A DNA stretch of 64,000 nucleotides from contig OZ287087.1 of the NCBI GenBank assembly GCA_965645245.1, positions 310,001-374,000 on the forward strand. Direction: 5' to 3'. The first letter of the stretch is position 1, and every line of letters starts with the position of its first letter. The notes below the pieces were generated by a model, which searched no databases, had not been told where the DNA came from, and worked only from the letters and a program-made list of their open reading frames with translations. This DNA comes from Massalongia carnosa. Its lineage: Eukaryota. Both the position numbers and the translations under genes were made by a program. Positions 38,421-50,598 of the stretch are shown here, piece by piece.

Positions 38421-38989
38421 TATAACGAAGCGAGATAGTGAATAGATTTCTACCATTGCGCCACCTGTCCTCCCAACCAAAAGGCACAATACTTAGTCCG
38501 CAGACCAAGCTCTATTCTACTATAACTGGGACTCCTGCTATGTTCGCTGTAGGTCCTGCCGCCCGCACCACGCTTGGTCGAACCGTTACACTACTGCCCG
38601 TCTAGCTGCGGCTAGCCCCTAGCCGCTTCCAGTTATAGTTAGCCCCGAAGAATGGGCTCTTCTTAGCGTACGGCCCTCGCCGATCCGCCTTAGAGAGTTT
38701 TCATCCAACGCTTTCCCGTTTCGTCCTAGCTTCAGTCCGTCGAAGCAAGGCGAAAAAGCGAGGAACTCAGGTCAGGAATCGAACTCACGACTAGTACACC
38801 GATTGATGACTAAGTATTCTATAACGAAGCGAGATAGTAAATAGATTTCTACCATTGCACCACCTGTCCTCCCGACCAAAAGGCACAATACTTAGACCGC
38901 AGACCAAGCTCTATTCTACTATAACTGGGACTCCTGCTATGTTCGCTGTAGGTCCTGCCGCTCGCACCACGCTTGGTCGAACCTTTACA
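38421..38989 (-). mobile_element. TRIM copy with ~170-bp LTRs (38421-38590, 38820-38989), RIP-like mutated
   Basis: Reverse complement of 55509-56079; TSD AAATC. Confidence 0.92.
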
Positions 38990-39611
38990 AAATCAGACGG
39001 ACGCGTTTCGCAGGTGCATTTTCTGGTTCATTCAAATCACTAAGCGGTCACGGGGAGAACCCGATTGTCGTATAGGAATGGGAAGTCGAGAAGTGATCTC
39101 CAGTCGTGGAAAAGAAACTGATCTTAAAGACATGAATGTAATAACTGTAATTGTTGCAATTGTTACATGAAGTTGTGAGAAGAAAACGAACACGGAAAGA
39201 AAGATCGCGTCTCGTAGGTTAAACTTCATTGAGACTTGAATTAAACCAAATCGAGGTTTTTTGCAGATTCGTTGAACGGACGGATTTAGCGCGGTTTTCG
39301 GGAACATCAAAACATGAATCAGGCGAACAACGACCACCTCTCGCGGCCCGCAACGGGCGTAAAAGAACGTAGTTTTCGCGATCCGGACTGATAATAACAG
39401 GATCAGTTGATCTCCGAAGTTTGACGAAGTGAAACGGTCCGGTACGGTGGAGGCAAGAGGGGAGTTTTTGGTCTTGTCCGCACGACGTCCTCTCCGCATT
39501 AAACGGTAGTTCAGTACTATATAGACGAGACTGTGCCATCTAAGACCTGAGATTAATTTGCTACTACTTTTCATTTGCTTACTATTTGGCTTGCTATTTT
39601 TTCTTGCGAAT

Positions 39612-39807
39612 AGTTAAAAGGAGACTCTGGTTACAGGTGATCGCATTGACTATGAAGCTATCTAAAAGGAAAAGAGCAGACTTTTCACCAAAGGGCAAAG
39701 CACGCTAAACCTAAAACCTTCCTAGAGAAGATTAGACTACCCGCTATCCACGTTAAGAGGCAGTGAGCCCAAGCCATTATAACCATAATCGCAACCGCCA
39801 TTCAACA
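39612..39807 (-). mobile_element. Solo LTR of the 42192 Copia family
   Basis: Reverse-complement match; flanks CGAAT/CGAGT. Confidence 0.9.
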
Positions 39808-40059
39808 CGAGTCTTAAAATATCTCGGATTTTTCCTCCGGACCTGCTCCGCTTCGCTTCGCAACGGCCCTTCGCTGTCTCCTTGCCACCCGTCAAGGTAT
39901 CTGTCAAAGTATCTTTCAAATAGTCTCCTCCGCGGATTGTAATAAGGCCCCATATCTAGCTCCTAAATAGCCTTCCAATAGTCTCTGCCGCTTTTCAAAT
40001 AGCCTCCCTTTTTTCCCTGAAAATTCCACCTCGACATTTTTTTGTCTGCTACCCAGAAC

Positions 40060-40341
40060 ACCGTTTATCTACTATCTAGACCACCTTTTGTCAATTATCT
40101 AAACCATCTCTTGATCACCGTCCTGACCATCTTTTGACCACCATCCTGATCACACTTTGATCGTCACCCGTATTACATTTGTCCACCTTCCAGACTATCT
40201 TCTGTCAATCGTCCAGATCAACTGACAAATCATCGTCCAGACCACCTTTTAATCATCACTCAGATCACCTTTTGTCCATCATTCAGACACTCTTTGACCA
40301 CTATTCATATCATCTTTTATCTATCACTCATATTATCTATT
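40060..40341. repeat. Degenerate ~22-bp minisatellite, continued in inverted orientation at 40976-41195
   Basis: Recurring ACCACCTTTTG / ATCATCTTTT cores; reverse-complement cores CAAAAGATGAT at 41 kb. Confidence 0.6.
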
Positions 40342-40546
40342 TGTCACGGTGCGAGGTCAGGTAGAAATTCAGATAGTGCAAACGTATTACTTGATTGTCT
40401 AGCTAGGTGGACAAGACGTTCGACAAGGAGAAAAGAAACAGAAAATCCAACGTGGGCGAGTATAAGACTCTGGCGAACGGATCTAGTCCCAATCCAGCCG
40501 TTGATCAAATTTCCCAAGTCCCTTGCATGAAACTATCGCCGTGACA
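40342..40546. mobile_element. Solo LTR related to 8976-9276
   Basis: TGTCACGG...CCGTGACA; TSD CTATT. Confidence 0.85.
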
Positions 40547-40687
40547 CTATTGACAGTCCGAACACTTACCTTTGCCGTGACTGAACTGGATTAAGCTTAG
40601 CTCCTTTCGGATCGGCTAGCCGGCTAGCGCTTCGTTTAAGCAGCTAAGGTTGAGGTAGATTCAATGAACTAACTGGCAGGTGCCCAG

Positions 40688-40975
40688 TGTCAGGTCACGC
40701 AAGTCCTGACATAAGCGAATCGGTAGTTATAACCGATCTCCGATCTCTGACTAGGACACGGCTCGTGTTCGTAATCTTCTTTTCATTATACCAATCATAA
40801 TTACTGTAATTAAATCAACGGACTAGTGACCCTAAGAAGTGGGGCTATAGGATAAAGACCTGATCGCCCACTTCTTTCGAGGGGTCACTGATCAATTTAT
40901 TGATTTACCACTCTCTATTCGTACATTCATCACGAATCCATATAGTAGTCACGCTGTTAGACTTGACTCCTTACA
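40688..40975 (-). mobile_element. Solo LTR, inverted partner of 41215-41502
   Basis: TG..CA ends; 288 bp; near-identical reverse complement of 41215-41502. Confidence 0.9.
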
Positions 40976-41214
40976 GTGATGATCAGAAGTTTTTCAAGAC
41001 GATAAACAAAAGATGATATGGACGATAGACAAAAGATAATATGGACGATTGATAAAAGATGATCTGACAGGTAGACAAAAGATGATATAGGAGGTGACAA
41101 AAAGGGGATCTCAATAGTGATCAAAAGGTGGTCTGAGTGATAGTCAAACGGTAGTCTTGCAGGTGGACAAAAGATGATCTGAACGTTGGTCAATAGTGTC
41201 ATGGAGAGACTGGG

Positions 41215-41502
41215 TATAAGGGGTCAAGTCTAACAGCGTGACTACTATATGGATTCGTGATGAATGTACGAATAGAGAGTGGTAAATCAATAAATTGATC
41301 AGTGACCCCTCGAAAGAAGTAGGCGATCATGTCTTTATCCTATAGCCCCACTTATTAGGGTCACCAGTCCGTTGATTTAATTACAGTGATTATGATTGGT
41401 CCAATGAAAAGAAGATTACGAACACGAGCCGTGTCCTAGTCAGAGATCGGAGATCGGTTATAACTACCGATTTGCTTATGTCAGGACGTGCGTGACCTGA
41501 CA
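41215..41502 (+). mobile_element. Solo LTR
   Basis: TATAAGG (from TGTAAGG)...CTGACA; 288 bp. Confidence 0.9.
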
Positions 41503-41789
41503 CAATTAAAGATATTTATTTACATTTTAAACAGATAAAAGAACATTTTTAATCTGTCAGGGGAGGGCTGGAGAGATATAAAATTCTATCTTGCAGAACG
41601 GATATCTAGATATGCTAAAACTAGAAGTTGAGAATAATATACAAGACGTCCGATCAAGAGCTCTAAACACCTGGGAAACCAAATAGACTTTATAGCCATG
41701 GCTTTCACTCTCCTATTCTTGACTTACCCAATCTCTATTCCTATACTAATTTCCTTAACATGATTGCTTTGACCTATCCCGCCTTTATC

Positions 41790-41984
41790 TGTGTTGAAGC
41801 ACTCTCAGTCATAAGCCTGGATAGTAGAGACGTGGAGATTGGATACGGATTGTAGGAGATTGATAGTTCGCTGAGGGCGGCAGAAGAAAGCCTGAGCACG
41901 ATGGGTGAGGTTTCACAGCAATGGGCCCTGTTAAACACTAACCCGATCAGGACAAGCGGGAGGGTGCGAAGCGATTCCGTGACA
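41790..41984. mobile_element. Possible solo LTR
   Basis: TGTG...TGACA with flanks TTATC/TAATC; no second copy in the window. Confidence 0.4.
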
Positions 41985-42191
41985 TAATCTTAGATTGTTG
42001 AAAACTTTTGAAGAGTTTTGTTGCGTCTAGGCAAGATTATACGAGTATTGAAGGATGTTGATTAAATGAGCAAGTCTGCTCGACTATATAAGCTTAAAAT
42101 ACGCTAGTCTCAATTGAGACTTCCTATAAAAGGAGCTACGACTATAGTCATAATAAAATAATACCATAACCATAACAAGTTCTATCGATAA

Positions 42192-45100
42192 TGTTGAATG
42201 GCGGTTGCGATTATGGTTATAATGGCTTGTTGGGCTCACTGCGTGGATAGCGGGTAGTCTAATCTTCTCTAGGAAGGTTTTAGGTTTAGCGTGCTTTGCC
42301 CTTTGGTGAAAAGTCTGCTCTTTTCCTTTCAGATAGCTATATAGTCAATGCGATTACCTGCAACCAGAGTCTCCTTTTAACTGGTTATGAGCACGGTCAG
42401 CAACAAGCTTCCGAACATCAGAAAAGGATATAGCTCTTCGCAAATCGCTATCTCGGCAGCTCGACTACGATTCCTTTAGGTAGGAAGAATCAGCACCTCG
42501 GCAGCTCCTTACGATTCCTATGGTAGGATAAACCAGCACCTCGGCAGCTCCTTACGATTCCTGTGGCAGGATAAACCAGCACTCCCGGCAGCTTGATACG
42601 ACGGATCCAACAAGCACAATCAAATATCAAAAATGACAACAATCGCAGACGATCTAGCGAAAAGAAGACCCTTGCCCGTTCTGACAAGGGAGAACTATCA
42701 AAGATGGTTCGAGCTGGCCGAAATGCATTTCGATGCGGAAGGCATCTTTCATACAATAAGCGAGCCACAGCCCAATTCCTCGTACCTTCAGCAGCGAATG
42801 GACAAATTAAGCCTTGATGGAAAAGGAATAGATAAATCAGACACACCCCTCACCCGGGAAACCCCAATTATCGATTCGGAAAGATGGAGAAAGGACAACG
42901 CTAAAGCATGCTATCTTATAACCATCTGCTTAAGCCAATTCGATCAAGAACGCGTAAGAGTGATGAAGACAGCGGCGGAAAAGTGGACCTCGCTGTTAAG
43001 CAAGTACAACAGCATCCTTCCCACTTCAGGAAGACATTACCTTCAAGAGCTGGTGTCATATAAAATGAAAGAGAACACCACCGTTCAGGAAGCATGGGGG
43101 GAACTTTTGTTGTTGAGAGACAAGGTCGTCATGGCCACACCCACACTTCGAGACGCATTTCCCACTCGGCAACTATTCCAATTACTCTTACAATCTCTCC
43201 CACCCGAGTACGCGGTCATTAGGGACGGAATTGATGCAATTGGGGGAGTAGATGCCGAAATTGGCATAAAAAGGTTGGAAGACAAAGAAATTCAGCTAAC
43301 ACAGGCGAAAGCAGATTTAGCCTTGCTCGCAAGCAGAAAGAACAGCGAAGAGAGCAGCGACGGCCTCTCAACCCATCCAGAAGTCAAAGCACATTCAACA
43401 ACTCCAGGTAGGAGCGATCTAGACGGCACGAAAGGTCCTCAAGTGCAAAGAGAGAAACGAAAATCAAGGACAACTCGCAAAAGGGATGCTTAATCTGTGG
43501 AGAAGTCGGCCACTGGACCAAAGAGTGCGAATTCTTGGAAAGCACTCGCAGCCACGTCAGGAGCCTCGCGAAGAAGAAGAAAGAGGTCAATAAAGGCAAA
43601 TCATCCGTCAAGCGCCATCGGAGCTATCTCGCTGGCGGGTCAGAAGAAGAGGACGAGAACGATAGCTTCTCATCAGGCGACAATGACGATGATCTAGATG
43701 ATCTCGAGGAAACTGCGGCCCTTTCCAGAGAAGCAGTCTGTAAGATTCCCAGATCAAAATGGGTAGCTGACTCTGGCGCATCATCCCACATGACTGACAA
43801 GCTTCAGCTCTTTAGCGGACCTCTGACAAAGATTAGAGAAAGAAGAATAAAGGTCGGCGGGGGAGAATTGAGAGCATGTCATCGCGGTACGTGCGTGATC
43901 AAGGATGGGCACGGAAATCAGGGATTTCTTTCTTCTGTCCTTTATGTCCCCAAGCTAGGGGTTAATCTCTTGTCTGGAAGGCGGATGTGCGAGAAGGGCC
44001 TCATCGGAAGTTTCGATCAGCACGGGCTGAAGATGCATGACAAGCAAGGCAAGGAGATCATGGAGGCACGGCAGCGAGGGGGAGTATATATCGTCGAGAA
44101 AATAGCAAAGGATCTCGATGAATTCGCATTAACCGCGTCCATGCATCATGACATTGCCTTTCCAAGCAAAGTTGATATTGCATCACTCTCGTCTTCATCA
44201 GAGGCGTTAAAGCCGCGCGGCGCGGGTTTAACATGTCCAACAACACATAACAATATGGAAATCGAGATTGAGTCAACACCCGCACTTAACCCAACCAAGA
44301 CGGACAAACACTCTGAAACGTACAGGCTATGGCATCGAAGATTCGCTCACCTAGGCCGAGAAAAGCTTCGTAACCTGCATAAGGTCACCACCCTAGAAAA
44401 GCCTATTCCGGTCAGCAAAGAAGAGGATCACATTTGCGAGGTATGCGCGCTCACTAAGCTCACCAATAAAAGAGGCAAAGCGACCGAGCGAAAAACCTCA
44501 CTTCTGGCTCTGGTCTCCATCGATATTTGCGGTCCTTTGCCTGCCTCTCGAGAAGGATACACATACTTTTTGGAAATTGTGGACAACTATTCTAGAAAGA
44601 TATGGTCCATTCCACTCAAAAGGCGAGACGAAGCACCAGGTGAATTGCGAAAATGGAGAATAAAAGTCGAATTACAAAGTGCACAAAGACTATTGGCTGT
44701 ACGGAGTGACAATGCCACCGAGCTGAAGGCTACTCTTGATGAATGGTGCTCCTCAATCGGTATTATTCCGCAATACACCGTTCCTCATATGTCTATTCAG
44801 AACGGAGTCGCCGAGCGAGCAATTCGTACCACCGAGAACTCGGTGCGAGCCATGATAAAGGATGCAGAACTCCCAATCGAATTCTGGAAGGAAGCCATGG
44901 AAACTGATGCATATCTTCGGAATCGCACGGGATGCGGACCGATCATCGACGGCTATGCTAGCACACCGGAAGAAGCCTTCACGGGCGTCAAGCCATCCAT
45001 TGATCACATTAGGGTATGGGGATGCAAATGCTATTCGTACGTCGATCCCAAATCGCTACCCGCGGGGGATAGAAGGGATAAGTTCATGGATAGAGGCAGA

Positions 45101-47515
45101 ATCGGAGTCTTTATGGGATATGTAGAAGAGACCACTAAACAGTATCGTCTCTGGGCACCCGACATGGGAAAAATCATCAGAAGCCATGTCGTAAAATTTG
45201 ATGAAAATTTAAAAGGTGGCAGCGTTGATTTAAACTTGCGGAAGCAGACACCCAACGTGCTACCAGAAAGACGGCCAGTAGGAAGACCACAAAAGACAAA
45301 AGAAACGAAAATCAGCGAACCCGCCAAATTAGTAGAAAGATTTTCGCATGTGGAGGTTTCTAGTCAACAGAATCAAACTCATGACCAACCAAACCCGAAA
45401 GATGATGTCACTCAAAACGTACCACCAATCCCAACTTCCGAAGAGTCGCCCATAGCGAATGATTCAATCCCAGCCGCAGCTGTGCCTAAGGCTAGCACTA
45501 GCATATTCTCTCATGTTTCAATCCCGAAGCGAAAGCGATCTGATGAAGACTCAGTTCCCGAAGAACCGGCTTTCAAAATACCGCGCGCTTTTCTAGCGCT
45601 GTTCGCCGACGATAATAACGAGGATGAAGATGGCTATCTCAAATTCGAATCTGCCCTATCGGCTGATGCTTCTTCATTTGAAAGAAACATACCCGAGCCT
45701 AAGTCTTACAAGGAAGCAGTAAATGATCCGGTGTGGGGGGAACTATGGAAAGAAGCAGTGAACACCGAGATCAAGGCGCTCATCGGTAATAAGACTTGGA
45801 AAGAAGTTGTTCCACCTCCCAAAACGAACATCGTCACCTGCAAATGGGTGTTTAAAGTAAAAACCAACCTCGATGGCTCATTGGAGAAGTTTAAAGCAAG
45901 ATTAGTCGCCCGTGGGTTTACTCAAAAATACGGCATCGACTATGAGGACACTTTCGCCCCCACGGTAAGATCAGATACCCTACGTGCAGTGCTTGCCATA
46001 GTAGCGATGGAAAACCTGGAATGTCATCAAGTGGACGTGAATAACGCATTTACCCAATCAACCTTGAAAGATGTCATTTACATGACCGCACCGGAAGGAG
46101 TAAACGTTGCCCCTGGTAGAGTTCTTCAGATTCTGCAAAGTCTATACGGTTTAAAGCAGTCCGCCAGAGAATGGAATAGCCGCTGTACAAATGAGCTGAC
46201 CAAACTAGGCTTCATTCAATGCTCATCTGACCCATGCCTATTCACTCATCCTAAAAAGGGAATCATCATATTCATGCACGTAGATGACCTGGTGATCGCC
46301 TCCAAAATGATGAAAGAGATCGATTGGTTCAAGAAAGAGTTCAATGCTGCCGTTAGCATCAAGGACCTAGGAGAAGTGTCGAAGGTTCTGGGCATACGAG
46401 TAACCAGAGATCGGAAAAATCGAACTCTTCGAATGGACCAGACGCATTATCTCAAAGATGTGATGGAGAGAACACATATGAGCGCTGACAAACATAGGCC
46501 TACCGAAATTCCAATGAACGGCTATGATTCATTGCGACCGGCTGGAAAAGATGATAAGCGCATAGATCAAAGAGAATATCAGCAAATTGTTGGAAGCCTG
46601 ATGTACGCGGCAATTCATACGCGGCCAGATATAGCTTTTGCTCTTGGAAGGCTAAACCAATATCTCAGTGATCCAGCTGCTCATCACGGTCATGCACTAA
46701 AGACGCTGCTTAGATACGTTCGGTCCACCATTGACATCGGTATACTGTATGGGGCTGGGGGGAATCATGGCCAAGGCCTCATTGGGTATTCCGACTCAGA
46801 CTACGCAGCTGATAGGCGCGAAAGAAAATCGATCTTGGGATACGTGTACATGCTAGGGGGAGGGCCTATATCGTGGATGAGCAGAAAGCAAAAGTCGGTT
46901 GCTACGTCTACAACGGAGGCAGAATACATGGCCTTATCAACTTGTGCTAAGGAGGGTTTATGGCTCGTTCAGCTGATGAAAGACATAGGCTTCGAGAAAT
47001 ATTTCAGTCATAACGTCAATATTCGTGAGAACTTGACGCATCAAGCTGACTCCCCGATGCGGTTAAAAGGAGATAATCAAGCCGCTATCCAACTGGCAAA
47101 AGATGCTCACATTCATGATAGATCTAAGCATATCGACGTTGCCTATCATCACATTCGGGACCTGCACAAGCGAAATCGAATTCAGGTCGAGTACATACCC
47201 AGCGGAGAGATGATTGCCGACGGCCTAACCAAGCCTCTAAATAAGCCCATCTTCAATCGGTTCATTAGTCAATTGGGACTGTAAAAAATGGAAAGAGTAA
47301 GGTAGTATCGCACCGCAGGGGGACTGTTGAATGGCGGTTGCGATTATGGTTATAATGGCTTGTTGGGCTCACTGCGTGGATAGCGGGTAGTCTAATCTTC
47401 TCTAGGAAGGTTTTAGGTTTAGCGTGCTTTGCCCTTTGGTGAAAAGTCTGCTCTTTTCCTTTCAGATAGCTATATAGTCAATGCAATTACCTGCAACCAG
47501 AGTCTCCTTTTAACT
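42192..47515 (+). mobile_element. Full-length Ty1/Copia; LTRs 42192-42382 and 47325-47515 (191 bp, TG..CT)
   Basis: TSD GATAA; PBS GGTTATGAGC; PPT AGGGGGA; one visible LTR mismatch. Confidence 0.97.
42633..47284 (+). CDS. Copia gag-pol, with a frame break at ~43330-43480 before the zinc knuckle
   Basis: Gag ORF 42633-43493; CLICGEVGHWTKEC and PR (ADSGAS), IN (WHRRFAH, C..C, RSDN, QNGVAER), RT (HVDD) and RNaseH (SDSDY) lie in the -1 frame. Confidence 0.9.
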
Positions 47516-47528
47516 GATAAGATCTTTT

Positions 47529-49655
47529 CTAATTCAAGTTTGAAGTTACTTGATTCTTTATTCTTCGAACTCTCTCCCGATTTTCATCGTACCAGTGAAA
47601 GATATACCAAACAATAAAGGTGACGAGCATGAAAGGCAAACTTAGAGTCAGATATACCTTAAGTGCTTCGGGCTGGAAGGTTTGTTCGATAGGGCCTTGG
47701 TCCTTAAGTGCTTCGGGCTGGAAGGTTTGTTCGATAGGGCCTTGGTCCTTAACTTTCCAATGGATTATATCTGTGCTCATGAGTGTCTAATGTAAGTCAA
47801 TAATAAGTCAGTGTTAGTTTCTATGCCTTCAGTGATTATATGCACAACTTGTACGCGCGTGTGTAATAGTTGGTTGGAATTGACATTCGAGGAAGTTTAT
47901 CATGAGAACATTTAAGCGACTTACAGAAATAAATGTTCCAGGTAAGAAAAACAACGTCACAAGCGTAATAATCTTCATCGATGTAGTTTCGGTTTTGGTT
48001 TTCCGCGCAATCTCATTCATATCGTGGGTCATGTGTTCCATGTTCTTGGTCGAATTTTGGGACTGAGTAGCCAAGAGTTTGTTGACTTGCATATTTCTAA
48101 AGTCCAGCAAGCCACGAAGTAAGTCCTTTCGATCTGCAAGTAATCGGAGCAATGCATTGACTCGGATAAGTTGCAATTTGATATCGTTCTCGATTCCATC
48201 GATCCGGCGCCGGAAGCAGACCATATCGTCTTTACACTTTAGGTTAATTTCTTTAGAAATCTTTTGCGACTCGAAGATCGATTGATAATAACTGCGTAAC
48301 TGTGAGATGACATTGAGATTGAGCTCGAGTATGAGCACTGTTTCGTTCGCCTTCTCCTCAATGTGTTGAGTCTCCTGTAAGTCTCCGAAAGAGAATTGCT
48401 GCTGTCCAAAAGTCTCGAACGGATGTGCTTGGGCCTTTGATACTTGTAATCTATCCATCTCAATTCCTGGCGGTAATGGTTGCTTAAGGCCATTGGAGTT
48501 TGTATACATGTTTAAAACCGAGGACTTTTTATCATCAGGTACAGTCATTAGATCAGTTGTCTGCGCTTGAAATCGGATTAACGACGAAAGGGTCGATCTT
48601 CGAGTCATTCTGGACAATTGACTCGATTGAACCTGTGCTCGTGGACTCATGGCTAAAGTATCGGACCTGCTTATTGGACATAACGGAATGTCTGCATCTA
48701 TCGACATAGCACCTTGAGTCAATTGGCGGAGCTTTTCCTCCAGAAACTTAATATACCATCGCCAGTTCTCCACAGACCAGTCGCAAAGAATCAGATGAGT
48801 TGCGAGCGCCGCAGCGAAGGCCCTGTCGATGGTCTGGAAGGAAGACAACTCTGCAGGGCCCTTGCTGCTTGTTGCTGACTGGATTCGCAGTTCAATCTCT
48901 CTATTCCCCTTTATGACGATCCAGGTCGATCGGGTGTTTTCGACATCAAAAGCATGGTGCAGAGCGCAATGGCGAATCGACCACGGCCAGTCCTGCGATG
49001 TAGACTTCTCCACTGACTTCAAACTGTAACAAAGCTGCAGCCCACGGCCGGACCAGCCAATGTCTTTGATCTCCAATTCCGTCGCCGGACAGCTCAGGCG
49101 GGTTTGCTCTCGAAATCCGCTACAGTACAGGTCCTGGGCGGATTCTTGTTTCCCGAACGGGAACAGAAAATCGAGAAATTCTGGCATGACTTGGAAGTGG
49201 GTAAATGCCAGCGTAAGCATTTGTCGCGAGACTTTCAGTCTATCGCGTGAATGGGAAGCATGTACAAACCTGATCAAGCGGTCAGACCATTGGCAATCCT
49301 AAAGCTACACAAGACTCACAGAAATCTACACCAAGGATCCGGCCGTCCAGCAGGCCACAAATGTTCTCGTAATTTCTCTTCACTGTTCACGTGGATGCCC
49401 CAGAAACCTGCGCCTTCAATTTAGCTCAATTGTAGCGGAAGCCGGGCCTACTCGAAGAGAATACAACTCACCATTTCCATTTTTGACCAAATCTCGAAAC
49501 GTTACTGCCGCGTGATCTTCCGGGCTGAAAAGGCGGCCATGATGTTCATTCAACTGGTCGAAGTACTGATCGAGACGATACCGAAGAGTTTTACGACTAG
49601 CGAAGTTGCAGGGATACTGCATGGCACCAGCCCATAGTTGCGCCAGCTGCTCCAT
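47529..49655 (-). CDS. CorA-like domain membrane protein with two C-terminal TM helices; four predicted exons (49655-49472, 49407-49320, 49269-47925, 47786-47529)
   Basis: V.PEFLDFLF.FG and WSIR..A.HH.FD...STWI.IK motifs; long helical stalk; MKIITLVTLFFLPGTFIS-TLMST TM1; VYLTLSLPFMLVTFIVWY TM2; canonical introns keep frame. Confidence 0.8.
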
Positions 49656-50598
49656 TCTCAAAAGCCTTCTGCACTGAATAATTGTTCTCACTTAGATGGT
49701 TTATAAAGCTGAATCATGCTACGCTCAGACTGATTAATGAGTCGGCTCTTTATATATGAGGCCAAGTAGCCGCAAATGACTTCCTCTCTAATTCGTAACT
49801 GAGCCTCTCAGGGCTATGATTTCATGATCATTGCTATAATTAGATATGAGACAATGTACTAAGCGTGTCGCCTTCATGTTGTGACCCGTCAATTCCGGTC
49901 CGTGTTTCTCACATAACTCTACGCCTTGGTCCATGCCCAGTCTATCAGGCCTTAATGCCGCAAGTCCTCAATCCATTACTTGCTTCTCCAGTAGTTGGGC
50001 TCGCTCTGACTGCCTCAAGGTTAGCTGCGATTTTTGGGACCGGTGAATGCGTATAAATCATTTGTGAACCGCACTTCTGTAAGCTTCCGTGGTACCCAGA
50101 ATCGGTAATCATCGCCTTTGCGCTACTTGGGATCAGAATAAGTCAAGTTCGAATCGCGCATCGAGCCTTTCATTGACATACTGCAATATAAAAATCATAG
50201 TTGCCCCACTTCTCTTTCAGAAAGGCATGGACGATTTCCGAGTTCAGACGGTAATGAGGTATGATGTCATACTCCCATGTTCTGTCCTCAGGAGGCGGGC
50301 TGGTCATGGCTTTTCAGCTCTGGAATCGGGCGCAGATTTAGAAAAAAGCCTAGCCAAGTTCAGGCTGGAGAGATACTTGCAACGGAAGGCTAGATTCAAG
50401 GACGGAATGCTGCGGCGAGACCTCAGGGGGCGGGGCTGTCTTTGTAGGACCTTTTAAGCCGCATATTCGCTTATAGGGCGTCTGTTGTGGTGATAGGTAG
50501 CCTTGTTTTTCAGTTGACGGCAACAGATCGAACGCTTCATTCAACTCGAGCCGACGAACTAGTTCTCAAAACGTCAGAGACTGCATACTATGACCCTA

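Larger units (their letters stand above)
17839..39554 (-). mobile_element. Helitron (Rep/HUH + PIF1 helicase) fragmented by nested insertions; termini approximate
   Basis: Collinear minus-strand RepHel pieces at ~39130-38995, 38420-37653, 33814-31461, 26181-26092 and 18560-18113; most rejoin at insertion TSDs. Confidence 0.8.
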
